DNA of 64,000 nt from the human T2T-CHM13v2.0 reference genome, Homo sapiens. The notes beneath the pieces are model-generated. The model ran no database searches and was not told where the DNA came from. It saw nothing but the letters and a program-made list of their open reading frames with translations. Made by a program: the position numbers and the translations under genes. The stretch is taken from assembly GCF_009914755.1 (NCBI RefSeq), contig NC_060940.1; one strand, written 5' to 3'. This document shows, piece by piece, positions 36,410 through 49,555 of the stretch; position 1 is the stretch's first letter; each line of letters begins with the position of its first letter.

Positions 36410-37180
36410 TCGTTAATGCATTCAACAAACATCTACCAGATGTGTACAATGTACCAGGAACTGCTCTGTGCAGTGAGGAGAGAACAATAAATGAGACAAA
36501 GATCCTGTCCTCATGGAAGACTAGTAGAGAAAACAAATGATAATTTATATAAATCATAGATTACAATACAATATAGAAGGACAAGGAAGAAACACAAAGC
36601 ATGGATGGCATGGGGATTACAGCAATGGAGTGCAACTTTAGATGAGACGGCCAGGGAATAAAGCTTGTGCTTACATAGTTATTATTCTATATATTAAAAC
36701 ATTTAATCCTCACAAAAATAGTATGTGATAGGTGTGCAAGTTTAGTCATTTATCCAAGGCTACATGACTAGAAAGTGGTGCCATTATTTAAAATTTTGAC
36801 CATGTGGCTTGAGTCCAAGTTCCTAATCATCATGTTAATACTTTTCTATGACTTTGAGGTAGTGACTTTGAGCTAAGACCTGAGTTAAGCAAGAGAGTCA
36901 GCCATGTGATTATCTGGAGGAAGATTGCTTCAGAGGGAACAAAGGGTGCAAAAACCCTGATCAAGAGTATGCTTGACATGTGCAAGAAACACCAAAATTG
37001 TGTGATGTGGCTGAAACTGAGTTAGTTAAGTAGGAAATTGAGAGGATAACACGGTCATATTATTAGCACATTGTGGTCCACTGAAGGGAGAATAGATGGT
37101 AGCTGTCTAAGTGTGGAAGCAGAAAGATGTCACCATCTATATGACAGGTGGTGCTGGCTTGGATTAAGGTATTGATGATT
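36410..37180 (-). mobile_element. L2 3' region with a MIR inserted at about 36660-36840
   Basis: 'cattcaacaaacatctac...gatcctgtcctcatggaag' and later 'tgactttgagctaagacctgag'. Confidence 0.75.
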
Positions 37181-37520
37181 GTGATGTTCTTTTTGACATG
37201 TCAGTTTGGCTACTGTCTCCAGTTACTCAAACACAAATCTAGGTGTTACTGTGAAGGTGTTTTGTAGATGTGGTTAAAGTTCATAATCTGTTGAATTTGA
37301 GTAACACAGAGTTTTCTAGATAATCTGAGTGGCCTTATCTAATCAGTTGAAGAGTCTGAAGACCAGAGATGAGGCTTCCTGAAGAAGAAAAAAATATCAC
37401 CATGGAGAGCAGTTTCAGTTCTTCCTAATGGTCTGCCCTACAGATTTGCAACTTGCCAGTTCAGTCCCCACAATCACATAAAGCAATTCTTTGCAATAAA
37501 CCCTTTAAAGAATGTTTCCT
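37181..37520 (+). mobile_element. MLT2 (ERVL) LTR
   Basis: 'tgtgatg...aatctaggtgttactgtgaaggtgttttgtagatgtggttaa...atctaatcagttgaag'. Confidence 0.8.
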
Positions 37521-37769
37521 GTTATGTGGTAAAGGGGTAGACACTGGTAATATTCTCAGGATATATCAAAAGTGGTATTAAATATTGGATGTGAATGAGA
37601 ATGGGAGAAAGAAGTGCTTACTTTGTCAACAATACTACATTTTAATTGTTCCCCCATTGATGTCAGAAAACAATGGAGAATTCAGTTTGATAAGAAGAGT
37701 AGAAAGTACTTCACAGTCAGCGTTTGTTGTGGAGTAAATCTAGTTATCTTTTGTGAGTGCCCATATGAT

Positions 37770-37900
37770 ACATATGTGTGTATGTATATATAAAATACTA
37801 TATCTGTATATAATATAGATTTATATAATATACATATATAGAGAAAATGCTATATGGATATATAGTATATATATACTATATATATTATATATGTTTATAT
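37770..37900. repeat. TA-rich low-complexity tract
   Basis: Directly visible. Confidence 0.85.
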
Positions 37901-38074
37901 AAAAACACACAAAACTATTTTCATTTTACACTGTATGCCAAATATGAACAGATTATTTCTGGGTAGTTTTGTGGGTTCATTCCATTAAATCGTTAAATAT
38001 TTATTAAGTGCCTTTATTGTCCAGACATGAAATGCTAAGGGCAAACAGGAGTGAATCTGATGGGTTTTTAAAAA

Positions 38075-38180
38075 TTTTTTTTTATTATACTTTAAGTTCT
38101 GGGATACATATGCAAAACGTGTAGGTTTTTTACATAGGTATACGCATGACATGGTGGTTTGCTGCACCTATCAACTCATC
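38075..38180 (-). mobile_element. Very short L1PA7/8-like 3' tip
   Basis: 'ttattatactttaagttctgggatacat...ggtggtttgctgcacctatcaac'. Confidence 0.88.
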
Positions 38181-40999
38181 GTGCTTTTCAGGTTTTCTAT
38201 AATGAGTTTTAAATTACTTTTTAAACACGCAAAATTCCTTTTAAGGATGGTGTAATCTCAAAGTTATTTCAAAAGAATATTAAATGTATTCTCTCTAGCA
38301 GTGGGAGTTCAGAAAGGAAAAACAAAACAAAATAAAAAACAAAAAAAACCACATGCAGCACCTCATTCTGTCCAAAATAAGACTAAATCATCCTGAGTCT
38401 GCTTTCATGACACCAGGTATGATTTTTTTTTTCTGTTCTAAGTACTCAACAAGTAATATTCAAACTTCCCATCATGTTGAATCCTGCTGCTATTTGAATA
38501 CAGTCTCTTGATTACATCCCTTTTTACAATAGCCTTTAGAGGGCCGTGGACAGATTTCCACTGGCCACAAGTCTTCCTAAAAGTGCTCTCCAGCAGGATT
38601 TGCCTTTGTGGAAGCTGCCTTATTTGTGCAAGAGAAAGTGATGGTGTGTTTGACTCAATCACTCATTATACTACCTTCTGTATCCTGGCTGAAAGGGGAA
38701 ATACAACACATGTGTTCTACGTTGGCTCTTCCAACATGGATCCCTTCCATGTCCTCAATTTCTGTCTCTATAAAAGGATAATAATAACCATCCTGCTCCT
38801 TTCTCTAAATAAAATACACTAGCAGTTATTAAGTGGGTTTAGAAATGCAAACATGCCATTCTGATAGGAAAATGCAGGATGAATAGTGTGGATAGCAACT
38901 ATGAGGACATCTCCTCAAACGCATTTTCTTTTGGGGCCATTGCCTTCATATCATACAAAAAGAAGGATAATACCTGGACCGATTTCACATACTATTACAA
39001 AAAGCATCTAAAATGTTATTTTTAGCTACCGGAAAATTATCCTCCAAAACATGTCAGCTTAGCACTCATCAATAGTAATTTGAAATACACAGGATGTCAG
39101 GGTGAACTATGTACTTCCGTCCTTACAGATAAAATATACTACATGAGTTCAAAAGCGTTTATTCAAATGCCTCTCCTGAGAGGTTAACAGGGCTGCTGCT
39201 GCTAGAACATTCGGTGCACTGGATGCAGAAAACCCAAGGAGCCTGTGGCTCTGCTGGAAGATTAAGGACTCTCCGCTCCCTGTGTCACTGCCAGCTCCCA
39301 GCGTCCTCATCAATCTCTCCAGCAGGCTGTGCAGGCATTGCTTTCTTGTCGCAGTTTTATAAACAGGAGGAAGTGAGCTATTGTTGCTACATACACTCAT
39401 GCCTGACCATAAAAAGATAAATACTTTAACTCTTAAGCTTCAGAGAGTAGAAATCTGGCTAAACACTAAGAAATAAGAAAATTAGTTCACTAGGCATCCA
39501 CAGAAGTGAGTTTACAGAAAACATTGAATGAATGGTGACGTCACACAGATATCCAAGAGATACTGCAAAGAACAGCACAAAGATTGTTCATCGATATGCA
39601 TTATTTATTGTTCAAGATCAGTTGTCGATTCCAATTATGTTTTATTTCTGTTGTTTCCCATTTGTGTATGAGGTTCATGTCAGACTTAATCATTCCTCTC
39701 CCTGCGGTCTCATGGCAGGTTGTTTGTAGCTCACTCTGTCTTGTGTTGTCAGCAGAGTCTATCAGCTATTCTCAATCTGTTCTCCTCCCTAACTGCAATA
39801 TACACCTACAGGACAATATCCCACATAAGAAACCCCCACGGGTAGACCCAGGGTAGTACACTGTGCACACTTCAAAAGCACACTGATGTAGAGATAACCT
39901 TGAATCCACTCTGATTTTGGTATGTTTGACCTGGCTGATGATCAGTGGGTCAGCTTCACAATAAACACAGTGGCTTCCATAACTAACACGTGGTGGCCAG
40001 AGGCATCTGTGTTCAGCTGCTATTATCCCTGTTGGAGGTGTGCCATCCAGAGCCAAAGTCAGGCATTCCCATGCTAGAACGAAAAAATCCAACTCCTTAT
40101 TGTTCTCTCTGCATTGTTCTTACTTAAAGGAAGCCTGCCCCAGGGTTTGGTAAATACCATTCAGGCTATCCCTATGTCTGAAATCTCTGAAAACATGCAG
40201 AAGGGGAAGAAGAGGGAAATAAAAGACTCGTATCCATGAATGGAAATACCTTGGGGGAGGAGCAAGAAACCGTGTGTTTGCTAAGTGTGGGAGAGGTCAC
40301 TGTCCCAGGTAGCCCCATGCTTTTTCCTGTCATCTTGGGATTCTCGCAAGTCCTACCCTGACCAGCCAGGGAACTGCGGGACCTGCCTGTGAGCAGACCT
40401 GAGCTGTGCAAAGAAGCACTGTTATGTGAGCATGTTCACACCAGCGGGTGTGCCCTTTAGATGGAAATGACCTCAGAGAATCCCTCCCACCTCTGGCGTT
40501 GGCCAAGCAGAGTCATCTTCTCGAGGGTACTCTGGGGAGACTACAGTACTTAATGGGAAATACCATTTAGAGGTCTGTGGACATCCTGACAAAGACAATT
40601 GAGATAAGTTTTTTCCCAGTAATTTGGGATTCAAAAGAAAGCTGAGTTGGCAAAGCACCCTGCAGCTCTGACTGTGCCGTGTGGAGCACAGGATCAGTGA
40701 TCTCCGCTGAAGAGTAAACTGACTACACGAGGCCCGGAGTCCTACTGTCTTTCTGTGCTCTCAGGCCCTCCCTGGGGAGCCTAAGGAAGGAAGACTGCAG
40801 GGTGCCTCAGGCTGTCTCCAGGCCCCCTCACAGTTCCTCCAGGTACTGGGCCCTCAGCGTCTGCCTGTCTGTGACACCCACACCCATGTTTCGCCCCTGA
40901 CCAGCCAGGCCCAGAACCCACCTGTCCTGAGAAAGGCAAAAAATACTCTTGCACCAAGAAACATCCATTCTCCTTAACTAATAGATCAAGAATTAGAAA

Positions 41000-41186
41000 A
41001 TAAACACTATCGAGGGCCTATCAGAGGGTAGAGGGTAAGGAGGAGGAAGAGGATCAGGAAGAATAACTAGTGAGGACTAGGCTTAATACCCAGGTGATAA
41101 AATAACCTGTACAACAAACCCCTAGGACACAAGTTTCCATATGTAATAACCTGCACATATACCCCTGAACTTCAAAGTTAAAAAAG
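41000..41186 (+). mobile_element. L1PA13-16-like 3' end
   Basis: 'ggcttaatacccaggtgataaaataacctgtacaacaaaccc...cctgaactt'. Confidence 0.88.
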
Positions 41187-41229
41187 GAAATATCAATAGA
41201 CACTTTCATGGCCCCAACATTTGTGTAGG

Positions 41230-41420
41230 GCAGATGGATTTTCAATCCTAACTTAGTCACTTTCTGACTTAATCGTCTTTGCAGCTACTTCACCTCTCTA
41301 GACCTCAAGCACTGCCTTATCTGCAAAATGGGTACAATAATAGTATCCGCCTCATGGGGTTTAGTGTTAATTTTTTTAAAATCATGCTAAGTGCTGAGCA
41401 CACAGCCTGGCACTGTGCTG
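41230..41420 (+). mobile_element. MIR
   Basis: 'acttcacctctctagacctcaag...atctgcaaaatgggtacaataatagt'. Confidence 0.7.
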
Positions 41421-41844
41421 GAGAAAAGTTAATTTTTATTATGAAACAATGGTCAATTCTGCAGCACTAGGTTAGATATTGGGCATAATATTTACCATAT
41501 TGGTACCAAACAGTATAAAATTTGACTCCAGAGACCTCTCATTTGTACTGTGACAGTAACTTAATTTGGCAAGAGCCATGCAGTCTCTGAAAGAGAAGCT
41601 TATGCTACTGCAAAAACTAATCAGGCCTCCAAGAAAGAAATGCCATCCCAGGCCAAGAGGACACAGCAGAGTTGGCACAAAGCAACTTAGCTGATGAGAG
41701 CCTGGGAGGGTGGGGAGTGGCCTCAGGAAAATCGTGAGCAAGGGGAGGCACTGCTGTGTTTGGTGGGTCAACCGGCCAGAAAGCTGGCAAAGCCAAAGGC
41801 CTCCACTTCAGAGAGCAAAAGAGGAAAACAAGTGTTTGTCCTTA

Positions 41845-42275
41845 TATAAAGATTCTTTGCTTGGTCAAACTTTTGTCAGGCTCTTGAAGCTCCTGCTAGG
41901 CCTATCTGTGCAATTCTTTATAAAATTCAGTTTTAGCAGAGAATCCTGCTAATTCATTTTAGCAAGAACTCCCTACCTGTGATATCACATCACCCTCAAT
42001 ATCTGACCAGGTTTCTCATCCTCCTCTGTCCTCCAGGGAATGTCTGCTCACCCTGGCCTGTCTTCAGCAAAAGTTGTTAGGAAGATTTAGCCAAAATCCT
42101 TCTTATCCTTGATGTTTCTTTTTAGTAGTTTTCTATCCACTGAACCCCACCCTGTCGCTTGGCTATAACTTCCCATTTGCCCATTGCAGTGGGTCCTATA
42201 CCTATCACAATGGTCTTGAATAAAGTCCACTTTACCATGTTTTTAAAATATTATTAAGTAATTTTTTTATTGTCA
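41845..42275 (+). mobile_element. MER31-like LTR (ERV1)
   Basis: 'gattctttgcttggtcaaactt...ttttagcaagaac...cttggctataa...cttgaataaagtcc'. Confidence 0.75.
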
Positions 42276-42506
42276 TCCCCTATGGGAGGGAGAGATCCTG
42301 GGGCAGGAAGAGCATGGAAAAAAATGCATGCATTTTCCTTGCAGAAAAAAAAAAAAGTAAAACCAGTGCAAAGTGAGTTATACCCTAGGTCTAGGCTGTT
42401 CAGAGGCAGGAACCCACTCAGCCCATTTTCTTCTGGATAACCACCACTAGGAGACTGTGGCCAAGAGCTTCCCAGAATTTGAGTGAAGACTAGACAGCTT
42501 ACCTTT

Positions 42507-42830
42507 GTTTTTTTTCTTTTTCTTTTAATTTCCAACTTTTAAGTTCCAGGGTACCTGTGCAGGACGTGCAGGTTGTTACATAGGTAAACGTGCGCCATGG
42601 TGGTTTGCTGCACAGATCGTTCCATCACCTGGAGCTGGAAGCCATTATCCTCAGCAAGCTAATGCAGGAACCAAAAACCAAATACCATGTATTCTCACTT
42701 ATGAGTATGGGAGCTGAATGATGAGAACACATGGACCATGGACACATGCAGGGGAACACCACACCATGGACCCTGTCAGAGGGTAGGGGTGGGGGTAGGA
42801 GGAGGAAGAGCATCTGGAAGAATAGCTAAT
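42507..42830 (-). mobile_element. L1PA11-13-like 3' end with a 5' inversion (twin priming)
   Basis: Antisense tail at 42507-42630 joined to a sense 3'UTR segment at 42631-42830. TSD acagcttaccttt/acagcttgccttt. Confidence 0.9.
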
Positions 42831-42974
42831 AAACAGCTTGCCTTTCTTTGCTGCCCTGTTGCTAGAATAAAAGGCAGTTTTAAAAGAGTGGCTGATCAGG
42901 AAGTTGCTGACTGACTAGAGAAGTCAGCAGGTTCTCACAGCCAGGGACTGGTGAAGGGAAGGAGGAGGAGAATT

Positions 42975-43165
42975 AACAGCTTTAGGAGCCTAGTATGTGC
43001 CAGGTACAGAGCTAGACTCTATAGCCACATCATCTGATATAATCCCTACAACATCACCTCAAGGTAATCACTGTTACTATTCCCATTTTACAAATAAGGA
43101 AACAGGTCAGTTACACCTCTTAGACAAGGAACTGAAATTTAAACACAGGCCTGTGTGATGCCAAA
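42975..43165 (-). mobile_element. MIR
   Basis: 'tattcccattttacaaataaggaaacagg'. Confidence 0.75.
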
Positions 43166-43348
43166 GTTTATACGATAAAGTCCTGATGGCCCTAACAGTT
43201 TGGTGGAATAAAAGCACATGATCTTGGGACGCCACCAGACCATAAATCACGTAGGAAATCAGAAGGGCTCATGGGCCAGACACTGGGCTTCCTGTGTATA
43301 ACCATTTATGCTTTACAGAGACACTGCAAGAGGTTCCCGTTATCACCT

Positions 43349-43758
43349 TGTATTAATCTGTTCTCGCATTGCTATAAAAAGAACTACGTGAGACTGGGTC
43401 ATTTATTTTTAAAAAAAGGTTTAATTGGCTCACAGTTCCGACTGTACAGGAAGCATGGCTGGAGGTCTCAGGAAACTTACAATCATGCGAGAAGGCGAAG
43501 AGGAAGCCAGCAAGGAGCAGGAGCTCCTTGGTGGAGCAAGAGGCTCCACCTCTTGGCAGGTGCAAGAGGAAGATAGAAGCAAGAGGTGCTACACACTTCT
43601 AAACAACCAGATATCGTGAGAATGCACTCATTTTGAAAACAGCAAGGCAGAAATCCGCCCCCATGAGCCAATCACTTCCCAGCAGGTCCCGCCTCCAACA
43701 TTGGGGATTACAATTCAACACCAGTTGTGGGTGGAGACCACAAATCCAAACCATGTCC
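43349..43758 (-). mobile_element. MSTA-like solo LTR
   Basis: 'tgtattaatctgttctcgcattgctata...caaatccaaaccatgtcc'. TSD cacct/tacct. Confidence 0.92.
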
Positions 43759-45529
43759 TACCTCTGCTTCAATGTTAATAGAAACTGAGGCACACAGAGA
43801 TTTAGCAACATTCTCAATATCACAAGGGTTGAAACCCAGGGTATATGGTACAGTCTATGCCCCTAAGTGCTATGCTATGTTGCAACTCAAACACTAAATT
43901 ATCTTCCATATTGTCTACTTCCTGAATAGAGAAAATGCAATGATGAACATTAGAAACATTTCAAACAAGGAGTGGAATATTTGTAGTTTAACTCTAAAGT
44001 TCTCTTAACCTTAAACCATCTATTCCTGTCTTCTAATGGAGGCATTTGGTTTCCATTGTAAATGTTTACCACCTATATACACTGTTCAGAAGGCAAGTGA
44101 GTCTGACTTTTTACAACCTACAAATAATGTGGATGGACATTTTGCAGACTTGAGTCTAGAATAGCAATTTTCTGTGGGTGGAATCATAAAAATAGAAAGC
44201 TCTACCTCAGACACAAATGAATGAAAGATTGTAGTATGCCCCTCCCTCGCTTAAAATCCAATGGTTGTAACATACAATAAAGCCAGCATGTGAAAGCTGT
44301 GGGGAAAACATGGGTTATTAAATAAATGGCTTTCAGAAACCTGGAGAGCCATTTCAGGAAAAAAAAAATAAATTGCATCCATACCTCAAATAATACAACA
44401 GAATAAATTCCAAGTGCATCAAAGATTTAGGAAACGTGTAAAAAACATTTTTAAATTATGGACTAACTGTGTCCTCTTCAGCTAAACACTGACCATCACG
44501 TCCTTCTCTCCAGTGGGTCATCTTTAAAAGCTTGGGAAACTTAGCTATGGCCTCATGACACACTGAGGCAGGTTTTCCCACAGGTTTTGTGTGAAGCAAG
44601 TTATACTTATTTGTAAAATTTTCAACTTGTATTAGCTTAAAAAATGAATATCTGATTGCAGCTGTATTCTATTCTATATTTTAGAACAAAAACCTGGCTC
44701 AGGAAACACCAGGTCTTATTACAACAATACTGCTTAATGATACCTTTTCCTGTGCATGATATTTTAGGCACAAAGTGTGAGAAGAGAATTTAAACATGTC
44801 CCTTGTGTGTACTAGAGAACAACCCCAACCCACACACAGTCTATGAAAGGGAAAATTAATGAGCTTATGTGGTTATTTTTAAGCCTTCCTTCCTTTCTTC
44901 TTTGTAGTCTTTCTCCTATTTTTAATTTTTTTAAAAGTGTAATAATGGATAAGAGCGGAAAAACATTTTTAAAAAGTTTGAGGACTTAAATTTGGCCATA
45001 TATCCCAAACTAAATTAATCTGTGAATGTAGCAAGGGATTGATGGATGGGCTCAGTTTTTCTTAACAAAGAATAACAACATAAACCATAACAAAAACTCC
45101 ATATACCTTTCCCTGTTACAGGTAGATAATGTTTCTAAAAATAGCATCAGTTAGCCATAAGACCAGAGACTCCTGGAGCAAAGGGCAACTGTCATTTTCT
45201 ATTAATGTTGGCAGGTGGAGTTGAGGCACCATGATCCATAAGAGATGATGTGAATGAACAGTCCTGTAAATGTGAGAGGAGCCCTGCCCCACTCCTTCCC
45301 AGAAGCAGCCGGCTACCTGAGTGCTTCCTGAGATGTCTGTCTGCTTGTCACGAAGAGGAAGTCAGAACATCCTTACTCTAAATAACATTGCAATTTTGCA
45401 GATAGGTGTGAGATACGATTTCTAGCATTTTCCAAATTCTTCTGCCTGGAAAACAAAGCCTGTTTGCAACTATTTGGACGTATTTAAGAGTAATTTTTCC
45501 ACTTGGGTTTGTTTGTTAATTTGGAATAT

Positions 45530-45710
45530 TTCTGACAAATAGCGTTCTGTGTGATGATGGACATGTCCTGTATCTGTGCTGTGCAACACAATCACCGCTA
45601 GACATGTAGCCATTGAGCACTTGAATTGTGTGTTCTGTAACTGAGGAATTTCATGTTTAATTGTATATAGTCTTAAGTACTTTATTAATAGACCCATAGT
45701 TGTTGCTCTA
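45530..45710 (+). mobile_element. MER3 (hAT) MITE
   Basis: 'ttctgtgtgatgatggacatgtcctgtatctgtgctgt...ttgagcacttgaa'. Confidence 0.75.
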
Positions 45711-47246
45711 GGTAAGATGGAATAAGCATGTATATCCCTGTTCTCCCAGTATATGTAGCTATAAAATCCAGACAGAAAGAAGCTATTCAAGGACTCTGAA
45801 AAGTAACTAGAAATAATTTGCAAGAGAACAGCATTCGAATTATCAAACCATTGGTACATTTACTGTTTTTTATCTCCAGTATTCCTCAGCAATGACAGAA
45901 GTGAGCACTGGGACAGAGAGAGAGTTCCAGGAGAAATCCTCTAGTCTAGCATGAAGAGTGAGAAAAGGGTCTCGCAATGCTTGAGTGTGGGGAGAGAAAT
46001 ACCCTGACTTTTATTTCTGTTTTCCTGTGCCCAGCCTGCAGTGGCCCAAGAGCTTTTCTCTCTGATCAGAGAGCAATGGCACCAACAGGTAGGGGTAATC
46101 ATCCATTAAACTTTGTCCTCTTGCTGGCTGGTGCTGGACTTGAGCACAGCTGCAGAAAGTGAGCAGCAGAGTGAGGAAACAAAACTTCCATCTTTCTGTT
46201 CAGAAGACTAAAAAGAGGATCTCGAGAAAATGATAAAGTAATGGCATGAATGTGGAGAGGAAGGAATGCACGAAATCTACATAACAAAGTTGTTTATAAA
46301 CTCCTAGGCTCCACTCTGAGCTGCACTTGCATGAACCTGACATACACAGATTCTGAGAACTAAACTATAGGATAGACCACTGCCCATGTCCCAGATTGGC
46401 TAGTGATGGGGACCACATAGGGAATATTCAAATAGCACTGCAAAGGCATTGCCATCGAAGCCCAAATCCACAGAAAGTTAGTCAAAACTTGTGGCCTGAG
46501 CAAAATTGGGTGGATTGCCTGCTAAAACAAAATTATCAGTATTGTCTATAGGATATAAACAAGAGCCAGTATCTAATAACATAACATTAAAAATGTTGAA
46601 GATACAATTCGAAATCACTCACCAGGAAACTTGGAATTTATGTGGAAAAAGGTAATTTAAAAAAAGACAATGCCAAGATGACACAGGTATTGAAATTTTC
46701 TAAAAAAGACTTTAAAGCAGCTATTATAAAAATCCTTCAGAAATAAGAGGAAACACTCTTCTAATGAACAGAATTAGAAAATACAAAGGAGAATCAAATT
46801 GAAATTTTTAAACTGAAACACGATAACTGAAATTAAAAACTCACTGGATGGGCTCAATAGGCAAACAAAAATGACAAAGAAGAGTCAGTGAGCTTCACCA
46901 TAGTTCAGCAAAAATTGTCCAGTTAAAACAACAGAAGGAAACAAAGATTGACCAAAAAACAATGAATAAAGTCACAGAAAACCATTGGACAGTACCAATA
47001 GCTCTAATGATTCCAGAAGGAGAGGAGAGGGAATGCAGAAGGCAGTACACATACACGTATATGTGCGCATGCGCACGCACACACACAAATATATTAGCTG
47101 AAAATTTTACAAATTTAGCAAAAAATATGAACCTACGGGTTGGAGAAGCTTATGATCTCTAAACAAAAGCCTCCACTCTTCATAACGGCAAAGTCATGGA
47201 ATCAACCTAAGTGTCCATCAACAGTTAACTGGATAAACAAAATGTT

Positions 47247-47636
47247 CTATGTAACTGTAAACAAAAATGAAATCCCATCATAAAGCTGATACTCCTTATA
47301 ATCAAGACAGTTATTAAGAATCTAGGTTTAAAATATATAAATCTAGGTTTATTCATGAAATTCAACCTCACTTGGTTTCCTTTATCAGCTTATTATTGGT
47401 TTTAATTTCCCTGCCCAGTAATCCCATCACTGTATTTTAACTTCTTTTTCCTGCTACCCATTGCTGGAGATAGGGGATGGGGGGCAGCCAGCCAAGTGTG
47501 GAATGCAGCAAAACCATTCAGAGTAGACAAAATTGACAAAAATTGTGAAAGCAAATAATGTGACAGCCTCAGAATCCTGACCTTTAGAACTTGAAACCAA
47601 TAAACATGAGTTCTTTTGTATTATGGGTAAAAAAAA
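47247..47636 (+). other. Polyadenylated non-repeat retro-insert (mRNA 3'-end retrocopy or orphan transduction)
   Basis: Interrupts L1 'tggataaa(g)aaaatgt|..tatatatacaccatg'. AATAAA at 47599-47604, A-run from 47629, TSD aaacaaaatgtt/aaagaaatgtt. Confidence 0.7.
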
Positions 47637-47820
47637 GAAATGTTGTTGTATATATACACCATGCAATACTATGCAACCCTAAATGGAATGAAATTATGTC
47701 CTTTGCAGCAACATGGATAGAGCTAGAGGCCATTATCCTGAGTGAACTAACTCAGAAACAGAAAATCAACTACCACAGGTTCTCACGTATAAGTGGGAGC
47801 TAAACAGGAGGTATATATAG

Positions 47821-48185
47821 TGATATGGTTTGTCTGTGTCCCCACCCAAATCTCATCTTGAATTGTAGCTTCTGTAACTCCCCCATATGGTGGAAGTGAC
47901 CTAGTGGGAGAGAAGCGCATGATGGGGGCAGTTCCCTTCACACTGTTCCAGTGGTAGTGAATATGTCTCATGAGATCTGATGGTTTTATAAATGGGAGTT
48001 CCTCTGCACAAGCTCTCTCTTGCCCACCACCATGTAAGAAGTCCCTTTGCTCTTCCTTCATCTTCTGCCATGATTGTGAGGCCTCCCCAGCCATGTGGAA
48101 CTGTGAGTCCATTAAACCTCTTTCCTTTATTAATTACCCAGTCTTGGGTATGTCTTTATTAGCAGCATGAGAATGGACTAACACA
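47821..48185 (+). mobile_element. THE1 solo LTR
   Basis: 'tgatatggtttgtctgtgtccccacccaaatctcatc...ggactaacaca'. TSD tatag/catag. Confidence 0.95.
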
Positions 48186-48686
48186 CATAGACATAGAGAT
48201 GCAAATAATAGACACTGGAAACCTCAAAAGGGAAAGTTGGGAGGGTGGCGAAGGTTGAAAAAAGATCTACTGTGTGCAATGTTCACTATTTGGATAATGA
48301 GTATACTAGAAGCTTAATCTCTGCCAGTATGTAATATACTCATTTAACAAACATGCCGTGTACCCCCTGAATCTAAGATAAAATTTTATTAAAAAAAAGA
48401 AAAGCCCTAAGAAATTCACAGCCACACACATCATCATCAAACTGCTAAAAGCTAAAGACAAGAAAAAAAATTTTGAAGGTAGCCAGGGAAAAATGGCACA
48501 TTACTTCCATGGGGAAATCAATGATTCAAGTGCCTGTTGATTACTCATAAAAAATAAAAGGATACCAGAAGGAGGTGGAACATACTTAAGGTATTTAAAA
48601 TATTGGAAGATTTTTGTTTTGTTTTGTAAAGTACAATAATTTAGGAGTTCTATATCTAGGGATCATCCAGGAATAGAAGTACAATA

Positions 48687-49293
<607 letters not shown>

Positions 49294-49454
49294 AAGTACA
49301 ATAAAAGAAATTCAGCAGGTGACGGAAAAATAAAACAGTTTGTTCAAAAAAGATTGGAAGAGAGCTCTTCTGAAAAAATAGAAATTATTCCAAGAGGAAG
49401 CAGAATACCAGAAAGGAAGGAAGAACAGAAATGTCAATTATGTAGGTAAATATA

Positions 49455-49555
49455 ATATTTACCTAAATACCTAAAAATAAATATTTACCTAAATACTACC
49501 TAAATACCTAAAAATAAATATTTACCTAAATACCTAAAATTTACTAAAAATATTT
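49455..49555. repeat. AT-rich minisatellite (unit about atatttacctaaatacctaaaaataa)
   Basis: About three imperfect copies visible. Confidence 0.85.

Larger units (their letters stand above)
47173..48398 (+). mobile_element. L1PB3/4-like 3' end nested in the older L1
   Basis: 'aagtcatggaatcaacctaagtgtccatc...taccccctgaatctaagataaa'. TSD aaacaaaagcc/aaagaaaagcc. Confidence 0.85.
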
